Below are positions 1 through 10,016 of a DNA stretch of 64,000 nt, piece by piece. The translations under genes and the position numbers were made by a program. Source of the stretch: Candidatus Omnitrophota bacterium (lineage in GTDB: Bacteria; Omnitrophota; Gorgyraeia; Zapsychrales; Zapsychraceae); assembly GCA_003528115.1 (NCBI GenBank), contig DOGZ01000014.1:66466-130465 (forward strand). The letters are read 5' to 3'. The number at the start of each line of letters is the position of its first letter. Position 1 is the first letter of the stretch. The notes under the pieces were generated by a model. It was given only the letters and a program-made list of their open reading frames with translations. It did not search any database and had not been told where the DNA came from.

Positions 1-150
1 TCCATGCAAGCGAATATTCAGTATTTTAAGCAACGGATAAATCCATAATTTCTTTTCTAAGAAATCATCATTAAGATCCTAACTATATAGGATTATTATA
101 TTTATAATAATAAACATGATAAGAAAATCGCCGTTTTTTTATTATTTTGT

Positions 151-179
151 TTGACCAAAAAAAAATTCTTTGGTATATT
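151..179 (+). promoter_or_regulatory. sigma70-type promoter upstream of purB (-35 TTGACC 151-156, 17-nt spacer, -10 TATATT 174-179)
   Basis: Near-consensus hexamers with 17-bp spacing, ~125 nt upstream of the purB ATG in an AT-rich leader. Confidence 0.5.
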
Positions 180-306
180 AGGTGCGTTTAACTTCAGTAT
201 TTTCACGAGGTAACACGCCTTAAAGTAATATTTGGTTTTGTTAAAAAATAGCGGGTTTATCCCAGTGACTATTCCCTCCATTAATTAGAGAAAAGGAGTT
301 GCCAGT

Positions 307-1602
307 ATGATTGAACGTTATACTTTATCCAAAATGGGCAATATCTGGTCAGAAAAGCATAAGATGGAGATCATGCTTAAAATCGAAGTCCTTGCTTGTG
401 AAGCTATGTGCAAACTGGGCTTGATTCCGAAAAAGTCTTTGGAAAAGATTAAAAAGAACGCCAAATTCGATATTGATGAAGTCAAGAAACTGGAAGAAAA
501 GACCAAACATGACATTGTCGCTTTTATTAATAATGTCGGACATTATATCGGCCCGGAAGCCAGATATCTGCACATGGGGCTGACCTCCTCGGACTTGCTG
601 GACACCTCGCTTTCCGTACAGTGCGTGGAGGCCAGTGATATTCTGCTGGGCGACATTATAAAATTTTTAGCGGTTCTTAAATTGAAAGCGAAAAAATATA
701 AGGACACACCCTGCATTGCCCGTACGCACGGTGTTCACGCGGAACCCATGACTTTCGGGCTCAAACTGGCTGTATGGTATGACGAAATGAGACGCAACCT
801 TGAACGCATGGAGCAGGCGCGCGAGATGATGCGTTATGGGAAATTATCAGGCGCTGTCGGTACCTATGCCAATATTGATCCTTCCGTTGAAGAATTTGTG
901 TGCGAGAAACTGGAACTGAAACCTGTGAATATCGCCACCCAAATTATCCAGAGAGACCACCATTGTCAATTCGTCACAACCCTGGCGTTAATCGGTTCCA
1001 CCCTTAATAAAATAGCCACGGAAATCAGATTATTACAGAAAACTGAAGTCCTGGAAGTGGAAGAGCCTTTCTTTAAAGGACAGATTGGGTCCTCGGCCAT
1101 GCCGCACAAGCGCAATCCCATTGCCTGTGAGCGCATTTCCGGGTTGTCCCGTATTCTGCGGGCCAACTCCCAGGTGGCTTTTGAAAATATTTGTCTGTGG
1201 CATGAGCGGGACATCAGCCATTCGGCCGCTGAACGGATTATTCTGCCGGACAGCACCATCGCGCTTAATTACATGTTTCATAAATTGATCCCCATCATCG
1301 ACGGGCTGTTGGTTTATCCTAAAAATATGGTAGCCAGCCTGACTAAAACAAAGGGATTGATTTATTCTCAGAGGGTTTTATTAGAGTTGATGAAAAAAGG
1401 TCTCGCCCGGGAAGCCGCTTATGAAATCATCCAGCGTTGCGCCATGCAGGTCTGGCAGGAAACATCTAATTTCAAAGATATTCTTTATCGCGATCGGTTG
1501 GTGAGGAAATATTTGAAACCTAATGAAATTGATGGTTGCTTTGATATCAAATATTATACACGGCACACGGATCAAATTTTTAAAAGAGTGGGATTAAAAT
1601 AA
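307..1602 (+). CDS. purB: adenylosuccinate lyase
   Basis: 431 aa; fumarate-lyase signature GSSAMPHKRNP; first gene of a contiguous pur cluster. Confidence 0.9.
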   Translation: MIERYTLSKMGNIWSEKHKMEIMLKIEVLACEAMCKLGLIPKKSLEKIKKNAKFDIDEVKKLEEKTKHDIVAFINNVGHYIGPEARYLHMGLTSSDLLDTSLSVQCVEASDILLGDIIKFLAVLKLKAKKYKDTPCIARTHGVHAEPMTFGLKLAVWYDEMRRNLERMEQAREMMRYGKLSGAVGTYANIDPSVEEFVCEKLELKPVNIATQIIQRDHHCQFVTTLALIGSTLNKIATEIRLLQKTEVLEVEEPFFKGQIGSSAMPHKRNPIACERISGLSRILRANSQVAFENICLWHERDISHSAAERIILPDSTIALNYMFHKLIPIIDGLLVYPKNMVASLTKTKGLIYSQRVLLELMKKGLAREAAYEIIQRCAMQVWQETSNFKDILYRDRLVRKYLKPNEIDGCFDIKYYTRHTDQIFKRVGLK

Positions 1603-2306
1603 TGGAAAAAAGAAAACAGATTTACGAAGGCAAAGCCAAGATCATTTTCGAGACGGATCAGCCGGAGTATGTCATCCAGTATTTTAAAGATGACGCCACC
1701 GCTTTTAATGCCGCGAAGAAAGGCGTTATCGAGCAAAAAGGGATTATGAATAATAAAATTTCGACAAAGATTTTTGAATTCCTTCAGAGTCAGGGCGTTG
1801 AAACGCATTTTGTCAAGCACTTGAGTGACCGGGAAATGCTCATTAAGAAAGTGGAAATTGTTCCCCTGGAGGTGATCATCCGCAATAAAGCGGCGGGTTC
1901 TTTGTGCCGGTTATTGGGGCTCCCGGAAGGTCGGGCCTTTGAAACACCTATTTTAGAGTTTTGCTATAAAAATGACGCGTTGAATGATCCTTTGGTCAAT
2001 GAATATCATATTCGAGCCCTGAATTTCGCGACGGAGAAAGAAATCGCGTTTATAAAAGAAAGCACGTTTAAGATTAATGATTTGATGCGCAATTTTTTTT
2101 CCCGATTAAATCTGGAGCTCATCGACTTTAAACTGGAATTCGGAAGATATCAGGGAAAGATCATTCTGGCGGATGAGATTTCTCCGGACACGTGCCGCCT
2201 TTGGGAGACGGGGACAGGAAAGAAACTGGATAAGGATCGTTTCCGGCATGATTTGGGAAATATCGAAGAGGCTTATAAAGAGGTTTTGAGCCGCGTCACG
2301 AGTTAA
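1602..2306 (+). CDS. purC: SAICAR synthetase
   Basis: 234 aa; ATG overlaps the purB stop (TAATG); N-terminus typical of PurC (YEGKAKI...). Confidence 0.9.
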   Translation: MEKRKQIYEGKAKIIFETDQPEYVIQYFKDDATAFNAAKKGVIEQKGIMNNKISTKIFEFLQSQGVETHFVKHLSDREMLIKKVEIVPLEVIIRNKAAGSLCRLLGLPEGRAFETPILEFCYKNDALNDPLVNEYHIRALNFATEKEIAFIKESTFKINDLMRNFFSRLNLELIDFKLEFGRYQGKIILADEISPDTCRLWETGTGKKLDKDRFRHDLGNIEEAYKEVLSRVTS

Positions 2307-2499
2307 AAACTAATAATAAAAGATCATCAAGCAAGTGACGAAGTATTCGTAAGTTCACGAGTTACATGAGCTGCCGTGGGTAGATCATTTTTTATAAATG
2401 TACCAACGCGATAACTCGCCGACTCGCGACGACATATCTTTTCATCCTTCCTGCTGACTTCCGCTAATTGTGCGTAGGTCAATAACATGACATAATACG

Positions 2500-5427
2500 A
2501 TGTTCTGGCGCATTGAAATAAAATTAAAAGAGAATATTTTTGACGCCCTCGGTGCGGGGATCCATAGATCGGTCCTGGATTTGGGTATTCGGACGATTTC
2601 CGGAGTCAAGGTTATTCAGGTGTATACCATTGACGGACGGATCAGTGAAGTACAGGTTCAAACGGCCTGCAGGGAATTGCTGGCGGATCACATCACGCAG
2701 GATTATGCCTACGCGGCCTACGACCACGCCGGGGATAAAAAAGAAAGATCTTCTTCCCCCTTTTCAGCGACGGAGAGTGCCTTCAGCATTGAAACCGCGT
2801 ATAATCCGGGAGTCATGGATCCGGTCGAACGATCGACGATCAAAGGATTAAGAGACCTCGGGATTGAACCGGTCGATGCGGTGCGGACGGCCAAGAAATA
2901 TGTTCTGCGCGGGACGGCCTCGTCTAAAGAGCTGCATATCATCACGAACAAAGTCCTCTTGAACAAGCTGATTCAGCACGTGGTCCAGGAGCCTTGTCCT
3001 CAAAAGACGTTCGCCGCTTCACCGGCGCAGCGATCCTTCAACCTGATTTATGTGGATTTAATCAAAGCCGGTGTCCGGCAATTAAAAAAAATAAGCAAGG
3101 ACGGACAGCTTTACCTCAATCTTGACGAGATGACGGTGATCCAGAAATATTTTAGAAAGCTTAAACGGAATCCGACCGATTGTGAATTGGAGACCATTGC
3201 TCAAACCTGGAGCGAGCATTGTTATCACAAGACGTTCCGCGGTAATATCCGTTATCAATACCAAGAGAACGGTCAAAAGAAAACGAAGGTGATCCGCAAT
3301 CTGTTGAAATCCACCATCTTCAAGGCCACTCAAGAAATCAATAAGTCCTGGTGTGTTTCTGTTTTCCATGATAACGCGGGCGTCATTAAATTCGATAAAG
3401 ACAGCCATGTCTGTTTTAAGGTTGAGACGCACAATCATCCTTCGGCCCTCGAGCCTTATGGCGGCGCGAATACAGGGTTGGGCGGTGTGATCCGTGATAT
3501 CCTGGGGACGGGGCTTGGGGCCAAACCGATTTGCAGTACGGATGTTTTTTGTTTTGCCCCGCCGGATTTGCCTTTTAAGGATTTGCCGGCCGGGACATTG
3601 CACCCCAAGAGGATTATGAAAGGGGTCGTCAGCGGCGTGCGGGATTACGGCAATAAAATGGGAATTCCGACGGTCAATGGGGCGATCGTTTTTGATAAGA
3701 AATTTGTGGGCAATCCGTTGGTGTATTGCGGGAATGTCGGGCTGATTCCCAAGGACAGAGTCCGAAAGAAGGTGCATCCAGGAGATTTAATCGTTGTTGC
3801 CGGAGGAAAAACGGGGCGGGATGGAATTCATGGAGCGACATTTTCTTCCGGAGAATTGACCGAGCAATCGGAGGTGATTTCTTCGGGGGCGGTACAGATA
3901 GGCGATCCTATTGAGGAAAAAAAAGTCTTGGATGTCCTCCTGCAGGCGCGGGATTTAAATCTTTATACCGCAATCACGGACTGCGGAGCCGGCGGGCTCT
4001 CCAGCGCTGTCGGGGAAATGGCCAAAGAGTTGGGCGCGCGTGTTGACCTTGAGAAGGTGCCTTTGAAGTATGAAGGCTTAAGTTATATGGAAATTTGGAT
4101 CTCGGAGTCTCAAGAGCGGATGGTGCTGTCGGTCAATCCCAAAAATATTCAGAAGTTTTTGAACGTGTTTGCCTCCGAGAATGTCGAGGCCACCGTTATT
4201 GGCGCTTTTACGGGGAGTCAACGCCTCGAACTTTTTTATCAAGGCCGTCAGGTCTGTGATCTGGCCATGGGCTTTTTGCATGACGGGATTCCGAATTTGA
4301 CCAAGGAGGCCTGTTGGACCCAACCCCGCCAACGCTCCCTCAGGATTCCGGTCACGCGGGATTTGGCAAAGAAATTACGGGAAGTTCTGTCCCATTATAA
4401 CGTGTGTTCCAAGGAATCCGTGGTACGTCAGTATGACCATGAAGTGCAGGGGGGGAGTGTCATTAAGCCTTTGAGCGGTGTCAACGCCGACGGGCCGTCT
4501 GACGCCAGTGTCGTGAGGCCGAGGCTGGATTCCCTCAAGGGGATAGCTGTTTCCAACGGCATTAATCCGCGGTTTGGGATGATCGATCCTTTCTGGATGG
4601 CCGCCTCGTGCATTGATGAGGCCGTGAGGCAGATCATTGCCGTCGGTGGAGACATGGAGAAAATTGCCATCCTCGATAATTTCTGCTGGGGGAATCCGGA
4701 TAAACCGGACCGCCTGGGCAGTCTGGTGCGCGCGGCGCAGGGGTGTTATAAAACCGCGGTCGGTTATCAGGTGCCGTTTATTTCCGGTAAAGACAGTTTG
4801 TATAATGAATATACCCAAGGCAAGAAATCCATCGCCATTCCCGGGACGTTGCTCATTTCCGCGATCGGCATTATCGAGGATGTGACCCAATGCGTGACCA
4901 TGGATTTTAAAAAAGCCGGAAATGTCATTTATGTCGTCGGTGAGACAAAGGATGAATTGGGCGGATCGATTTTTCTGGCGACATTGGATTTGATCGGATC
5001 AACGGTTCCCCGGGTGGATACGGAAAAGGGAACACGGATATTCAAGGCCTTATCCCGCGCTGCGCGCAAAGGGTTTGTCCGTTCCATCCACGACTGTTCC
5101 GAAGGAGGAATAGCGGTGGCCCTGGCGGAAATGGCTTTTAGCGGCGGCTTGGGCGTGCGTGCGCGGTTGGACCGGCTTCCTTTTTACAGCGAGGAAAAGA
5201 GAGACGACAAACTGCTCTTTTCAGAATCCAATTCCCGTTTTATTGTTGAAGTGGACCCGGATCACCAGAAGAGCTTTGAACGGATTCTCAAAGATGTTCC
5301 TTTTGGAATGATGGGGCATGTCGAGGCGACCGAGGAATTTGTTGTTTATGGTTTAAACGGCGAGATTTGTATGAAAAGTTCCCTGAGGGATCTCAAGGAA
5401 TCCTGGCAGAGTCCGCTGCGAGGGTAA
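2500..5427 (+). CDS. purL: FGAM synthase II with N-terminal PurS-like domain (purS-purL fusion)
   Basis: 975 aa; first ~80 aa resemble PurS, followed by a linker and tandem AIRS/PurM-like PurL domains. Confidence 0.85.
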   Translation: MFWRIEIKLKENIFDALGAGIHRSVLDLGIRTISGVKVIQVYTIDGRISEVQVQTACRELLADHITQDYAYAAYDHAGDKKERSSSPFSATESAFSIETAYNPGVMDPVERSTIKGLRDLGIEPVDAVRTAKKYVLRGTASSKELHIITNKVLLNKLIQHVVQEPCPQKTFAASPAQRSFNLIYVDLIKAGVRQLKKISKDGQLYLNLDEMTVIQKYFRKLKRNPTDCELETIAQTWSEHCYHKTFRGNIRYQYQENGQKKTKVIRNLLKSTIFKATQEINKSWCVSVFHDNAGVIKFDKDSHVCFKVETHNHPSALEPYGGANTGLGGVIRDILGTGLGAKPICSTDVFCFAPPDLPFKDLPAGTLHPKRIMKGVVSGVRDYGNKMGIPTVNGAIVFDKKFVGNPLVYCGNVGLIPKDRVRKKVHPGDLIVVAGGKTGRDGIHGATFSSGELTEQSEVISSGAVQIGDPIEEKKVLDVLLQARDLNLYTAITDCGAGGLSSAVGEMAKELGARVDLEKVPLKYEGLSYMEIWISESQERMVLSVNPKNIQKFLNVFASENVEATVIGAFTGSQRLELFYQGRQVCDLAMGFLHDGIPNLTKEACWTQPRQRSLRIPVTRDLAKKLREVLSHYNVCSKESVVRQYDHEVQGGSVIKPLSGVNADGPSDASVVRPRLDSLKGIAVSNGINPRFGMIDPFWMAASCIDEAVRQIIAVGGDMEKIAILDNFCWGNPDKPDRLGSLVRAAQGCYKTAVGYQVPFISGKDSLYNEYTQGKKSIAIPGTLLISAIGIIEDVTQCVTMDFKKAGNVIYVVGETKDELGGSIFLATLDLIGSTVPRVDTEKGTRIFKALSRAARKGFVRSIHDCSEGGIAVALAEMAFSGGLGVRARLDRLPFYSEEKRDDKLLFSESNSRFIVEVDPDHQKSFERILKDVPFGMMGHVEATEEFVVYGLNGEICMKSSLRDLKESWQSPLRG

Positions 5428-5510
5428 CTTTTCCGCGCCACAATATTTTTTTACTTTTATGAAAGTCAGTCTGATTTAAGAAATACGGACTTTCGCGAAT
5501 GGGAGAAAGA

Positions 5511-6179
5511 ATGAAACCAAATCAAAAAGGGAAATTGATGGAGGACTTGAAAATGGAAGACCCATGGCGGGTATTTCGGATTATGGGCGAATTTGTCGAG
5601 GGATTTCATGAACTCGCGGAGATCGGGCCGGCGGTCAGCATCTTTGGATCGGCCAGGACCAAACGAACGAACGGTTTGCATGCGCAAGCGGTGAAGACCG
5701 CGCAGCTTTTAGCCAAAGAAGGCTACGCGATCATTACGGGCGGCGGTCCTGGGATTATGGAGGCCGGCAATAAAGGCGCGCTTAATGCCAAAGGACGCTC
5801 TATTGGTTTAAACATCGAACTGCCGTTTGAACAAAAACCCAACCGCTATATCAATAAACTCATTAATTTCCACTACTTCTTCTGCAGGAAAGTGATGTTT
5901 GTTAAATATGCCAAGGCCTTTGTGATTTTTCCCGGCGGTTTTGGGACCCTCGATGAACTCTTCGAGAGTCTGACCCTGATCCAGACAGGGCGGATGGGAA
6001 AATTCCCCGTCGTCTTGTTTGGTTCGCAATATTGGAGCGGCTTGGTGGACTGGCTCAAGAATACCGTGGTCAAAGAAAAGAATATCGATCCTCAAGATGT
6101 TGAGATTTTTCAGATTGTCGATACTCCGGAGGATGTTCTTAAAGCGATTCACAATTTCTACAACAATAAAAAGAAATGA
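5511..6179 (+). CDS. LOG-family (TIGR00730) nucleotide N-glycosidase / PpnN-like protein
   Basis: Motifs GGGPGIMEAGNKGA and PGGFGTLDELFE; RBS GGGAGAAAGA precedes the ATG at 5511 (alternative ATG at 5499). Confidence 0.75.
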   Translation: MKPNQKGKLMEDLKMEDPWRVFRIMGEFVEGFHELAEIGPAVSIFGSARTKRTNGLHAQAVKTAQLLAKEGYAIITGGGPGIMEAGNKGALNAKGRSIGLNIELPFEQKPNRYINKLINFHYFFCRKVMFVKYAKAFVIFPGGFGTLDELFESLTLIQTGRMGKFPVVLFGSQYWSGLVDWLKNTVVKEKNIDPQDVEIFQIVDTPEDVLKAIHNFYNNKKK

Positions 6180-6233
6180 AGCTTTCGACGAGGAGGGTGC
6201 CCCCACCGCAAGAGGCGGGGTATCCTAAGAGCC

Positions 6234-7097
6234 ATGAATGAGCAAGTCAAAGTCATTATTTTACGAACAGCCGGCACGAATTGTAACGAAGAAACGGCCT
6301 TCGCGTTTAGAAGTTGCGGGGCATGGGTGGATCAGGTCCACATTCATAAACTTTTTAACAGCTCCGTTCATTTAAAGGAGTATCACATCCTGGCCATTCC
6401 CGGCGGGTTTACGTATGGAGATGACATTGAGTCCGGCCGTATTTTGGCCAATGAATTGCGCCTGCGTCTGGGCGGGGACATCCGTCAATTTATTGAAGAC
6501 GGGAAACTTATGATCGGTATCTGCAACGGGTTTCAGGTATTGGTGAAAGCGGGACTTCTTCCGGGGCCTTTCAGTGAAGAAGAAAGACATCCCTCCACGT
6601 TTTCCCAACGCGCGACTTTGGTGAATAATGATTCGGGCCATTATGAAGACCGGTGGGTCTATTTGAAGGTCGACGGAAAGAGTGTCTGGACCCGAGGCAT
6701 AGAGCGGATGATCTACATCCCCGTCGCGCATGGGGAAGGAAAGTTTGTCCCTCGGGATCAAGACGTCCTTGCCCAGTTGCAAGGGAACGGTCAGGTCGCC
6801 TTTCGTTACTGCGGGCCAAACGGAGAAAAGCCGGAGTTTCCTCAAAATCCTAACGGATCCGTGGATGACATCGCCGGCATCACGGATAAGACGGGCCGTA
6901 TTTTGGGGCTGATGCCTCACCCTGAACGTCATTTTGTTTTTACCCAGCATCCCAGTTGGACACGGTTAGATAAAAAACAGCACTTGGGAGACGGGGCCAA
7001 GATTTTTGAAAATGGGGTGCAGTACGTGCGCAAGAACATTTTGAAAACGGCGCTAATCCCCCGTCTCCTCGCGGCGGGAACCGGCAAGGGGCAATAA
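6234..7097 (+). CDS. purQ: FGAM synthase I, glutamine amidotransferase subunit
   Basis: 287 aa; class-I GATase nucleophile elbow GICNGFQ; His/Glu present near the C-terminus. Confidence 0.85.
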   Translation: MNEQVKVIILRTAGTNCNEETAFAFRSCGAWVDQVHIHKLFNSSVHLKEYHILAIPGGFTYGDDIESGRILANELRLRLGGDIRQFIEDGKLMIGICNGFQVLVKAGLLPGPFSEEERHPSTFSQRATLVNNDSGHYEDRWVYLKVDGKSVWTRGIERMIYIPVAHGEGKFVPRDQDVLAQLQGNGQVAFRYCGPNGEKPEFPQNPNGSVDDIAGITDKTGRILGLMPHPERHFVFTQHPSWTRLDKKQHLGDGAKIFENGVQYVRKNILKTALIPRLLAAGTGKGQ

Positions 7098-7114
7098 GAA
7101 TAGGGAAGAGACAT

Positions 7115-8176
7115 ATGTTGAAACTCAAGAATATCCCGAGACGAGCGGAGGCACTCTCCTATAAATCCAGCGGGGTGGATATCGCTAAGGCGAATGCCTT
7201 TGTCAAGGCAATTGGCCCGGACATCGCCGGCACTTTAAACCCGTCGGTCATCCAGAGCAAGGGCGCTTTTGCCGGTTTGTTTTCCCTGGACCGGAAAAAA
7301 TACAAGAATCCCGTGCTGGTGTCCTCGACCGATGGGGTGGGGACGAAGCTGCTGGTCGCCAAGTCCATCGGGAAACATGACACGGTTGGGATAGATTTGG
7401 TGGCGATGAATGTCAATGACATCCTGTGCGTCGGCGCTCAACCTTTATTTTTTCTGGATTATATCGCGTGCGGAAAAGTGGATGTAAAGATTTTAAAGGC
7501 CGTGATCAAAGGGATTGCCGCCGGATGCCGTCAGGCCGGGTGCAGCCTGATCGGGGGAGAAACGGCTGAAATGCCCGGGCTGTACGCGCCCGATGAGTAT
7601 GATCTGGCCGGTTTCGCGGTGGGTGTTGTGGAGAGAAACCGGATCATCGACGGCGCGGAGATCAAGGCCGGGGACAGGCTGATCGGCCTTCCATCGAGCG
7701 GTCTGCATTCAAACGGGTTTTCTCTCGTCAGAAAGGTTTTTTCTTTAATCGAACAAAAGAAATTGGCTAAAGAGCTTTTGAAGCCGACAAGGATTTATGC
7801 TAAAGAAGTGACGGCGGTTGTCGATCAATTCCCTCCTCAAGGGAAGTCCTCCGCTGCGGGGGTCAAAGGGATTGCCCATATTACCGGCGGGGCGTTTTAT
7901 GAAAAATTGACGAAAATTCTTCCGGACGGAAAATGCTTTATTGTGGATAAAAAAAGCTGGCCGGTTCCGGAGATTTTTCAGAGGATTCAAGAAAAGGGGA
8001 ATGTCCGTGATGAGGAAATGTACCGGACGTTTAATATGGGAATTGGTTTGGCCTTTGTGTTTAATCAGGAAATCATTCCTTCGGTCAAGGCCTTCCTCGC
8101 TGGACAAAAAATTAAGCATTATGAAATCGGCGAAGTGGGTGAGGACGTCAAGAGAAAAATTATTTTTTCTTCATAA
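7115..8176 (+). CDS. purM: AIR synthetase
   Basis: 353 aa; AIRS N- and C-domain organisation; sits in the pur cluster. Confidence 0.9.
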   Translation: MLKLKNIPRRAEALSYKSSGVDIAKANAFVKAIGPDIAGTLNPSVIQSKGAFAGLFSLDRKKYKNPVLVSSTDGVGTKLLVAKSIGKHDTVGIDLVAMNVNDILCVGAQPLFFLDYIACGKVDVKILKAVIKGIAAGCRQAGCSLIGGETAEMPGLYAPDEYDLAGFAVGVVERNRIIDGAEIKAGDRLIGLPSSGLHSNGFSLVRKVFSLIEQKKLAKELLKPTRIYAKEVTAVVDQFPPQGKSSAAGVKGIAHITGGAFYEKLTKILPDGKCFIVDKKSWPVPEIFQRIQEKGNVRDEEMYRTFNMGIGLAFVFNQEIIPSVKAFLAGQKIKHYEIGEVGEDVKRKIIFSS

Positions 8177-8206
8177 GCGGCATGAAGGTGAACAGGAGAG
8201 AGGGAT

Positions 8207-9511
8207 ATGAAGGTTCTTATTGTGGGTTCAGGCGGACGGGAGCATGCCCTGGCGTGGAAGATTAAGCAAAGTCCCATGGTCAAAGAGCTTTACTGCGCTC
8301 CCGGTAATGGGGGGATCGCCCAGATTTCCGAGTGCGTGGACATCCCGGCAGAGGATATCCAGAGGCTTGTTCAATTCGCCAAGAAGAAAGCCATTGATTT
8401 AACCGTCGTCGGTCCTGAGGCCCCTTTGGTGGCCGGAATCGTGGATGTCTTTAAGAAAGAGGGATTAGCTATATTCGGGCCCAGTCAGCTCGCGGCCCAA
8501 CTGGAAGGGAGCAAGGTTTTTGCCAAAGAATTCATGCAGAAATATGACATCCCGACCGCCGCCTTTGAGTCCTTTGATGATATTCGGGAGGCGAGGGCGT
8601 TTTTGGCTAAAGCGGAATTTCCTTTGGTTATCAAGGCCGACGGTCTGGCCGCGGGAAAAGGGGTGATGATCTGTCAGAACATGGAAGAAGGCGAGGAAAG
8701 CCTGGTTCAGATGATGGAGGACAAGATTTTTCAGGAAGCCGGCCGCCGTGTGATCATCGAGGAATGTTTGAAAGGGGAGGAAGTTTCTATTTTGGCGATT
8801 AGCGACGGAAAGAATTATGTGCTCTTGGATTCTTCCCAGGATCACAAGAGAATTTTTGACGATGATTTGGGGCCGAATACCGGAGGGATGGGGGCTTATT
8901 CGCCGGCGCCTATTGTGGATGCCGAACTGTTGAGAAGGATTGATGAAAGCATTATTGGACCGGTAATCCGCGGGATGAAAAAAGAAGGCGCACCTTTTGA
9001 GGGTATTTTGTACGCGGGGCTCATGATCACCATTGAAGGCCCCAAGGTCCTGGAATTTAATGTGCGGTTTGGCGATCCTGAAACGCAGGTCATTTTACCG
9101 AGATGGAAGAATGATCTTCTGGAGATCATGCTGGCGTGCGGCGAGGGACGGCTGAATAAAGTCCAGTTGCAATGGGACCCGCGCCCGTGCGTGTGTGTGG
9201 TGATGAGTTCCGGCGGATATCCGTCCAAGTATGAAACCGGGAAAGAAATTCTTGGTTTAGAAAAAGTGCAGGGCAAGTTAGACACCATGATCTTTCACGC
9301 GGGAACCAAAAAAGAAGGGAAGAAAATCCTGACGGCCGGCGGCAGAGTCCTGGGGGTGACGGCGTTGGGACGCGATATCCTGGAGGCCATTGAGAGGGCT
9401 TATGAAGTGGTGGAACAAATCCAATTCGATCGTTGTTTTTTCAGACGGGATATCGGTTCCAAGGCGATGAAACATAAAGGGGTCAGGGCTCCGGCGGGAC
9501 GGCAAAACTAA
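8207..9511 (+). CDS. purD: phosphoribosylamine-glycine ligase
   Basis: 434 aa; ATP-grasp fold; N-terminus MKVLIVGSGGREHALAWK characteristic of PurD. Confidence 0.9.
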   Translation: MKVLIVGSGGREHALAWKIKQSPMVKELYCAPGNGGIAQISECVDIPAEDIQRLVQFAKKKAIDLTVVGPEAPLVAGIVDVFKKEGLAIFGPSQLAAQLEGSKVFAKEFMQKYDIPTAAFESFDDIREARAFLAKAEFPLVIKADGLAAGKGVMICQNMEEGEESLVQMMEDKIFQEAGRRVIIEECLKGEEVSILAISDGKNYVLLDSSQDHKRIFDDDLGPNTGGMGAYSPAPIVDAELLRRIDESIIGPVIRGMKKEGAPFEGILYAGLMITIEGPKVLEFNVRFGDPETQVILPRWKNDLLEIMLACGEGRLNKVQLQWDPRPCVCVVMSSGGYPSKYETGKEILGLEKVQGKLDTMIFHAGTKKEGKKILTAGGRVLGVTALGRDILEAIERAYEVVEQIQFDRCFFRRDIGSKAMKHKGVRAPAGRQN

Positions 9512-9530
9512 TGTAGGGAGAGGTCAGCGT

Positions 9531-10016
9531 ATGAATAATATCCAAATTGCTCTTATGATGGGAAGCCAGTCGGATCTGCCCGTGATGAAAGAGGCGGCCA
9601 AAATTCTGGAAGAATTTGATGTGTCGTATGAAATAAGGGTTCTTTCCGCGCACCGGACTCCAAAGGAGACGGCGGAGTATGCCGAACAGTTAAGGCTCCG
9701 GGGCGTGAAGGTGGTGATTTGCGGGGCCGGGGCTTCAGCCGCTTTGGCAGGGGTGGTGGCGGCGCATACGAGTTTGCCTGTGATTGGCGTGCCGATTGTC
9801 GCGACCCCTTTAAACGGAATGGACGCCTTGCTCTCGACTGTGCAAATGCCGCCGGGAGTTCCCGTGGGGGCGATGGCCATTGGGCCATCGGGGGCAAAAA
9901 ACGCGGCGCTCCTGGCTTTGCGGATTATCAGTCTTCAGGATAAGGACGTGGAGCGAAAATTGGCGGAATTTAAAGAAGAGCAAAGAAGAAAAATTCTTGA
10001 TACGGATCTGAATTGA
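9531..10016 (+). CDS. purE: N5-CAIR mutase
   Basis: 161 aa; MGSQSDLPVM and SAHRTP motifs. Confidence 0.9.
   Translation: MNNIQIALMMGSQSDLPVMKEAAKILEEFDVSYEIRVLSAHRTPKETAEYAEQLRLRGVKVVICGAGASAALAGVVAAHTSLPVIGVPIVATPLNGMDALLSTVQMPPGVPVGAMAIGPSGAKNAALLALRIISLQDKDVERKLAEFKEEQRRKILDTDLN

Noticed and set aside
180-306. Possible purine or ZTP riboswitch in the purB leader
   Set aside because: Looked for the purine-aptamer conserved blocks (UAUA...GGAUAUGGCCC...CCGUAAA...GACUA) and the ZTP pfl-motif blocks (GGGUCGUGAC...CCGGGCGGA). Neither is present. Only a weak imperfect hairpin was seen.
3082-3777. 231-aa minus-strand ORF (and similar long minus ORFs at 4375-4890, 11040-11606, 12344-12853, 12834-13382, 30620-31273, 42896-43753, 45592-46008, 59527-59904)
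   Set aside because: Each lies fully inside a + strand gene with strong conserved-family signatures (purL, rpiB, glyA, nrdR, dnaJ, the nucleotide-sugar dehydrogenase gene, E1-alpha, manC). They have no motifs of their own and look like shadow ORFs.
6019-6228. 69-aa ORF overlapping the LOG gene 3' end and spanning the LOG-purQ gap
   Set aside because: It is out of frame with the LOG gene, has an Arg/Lys-rich low-complexity translation and no RBS.
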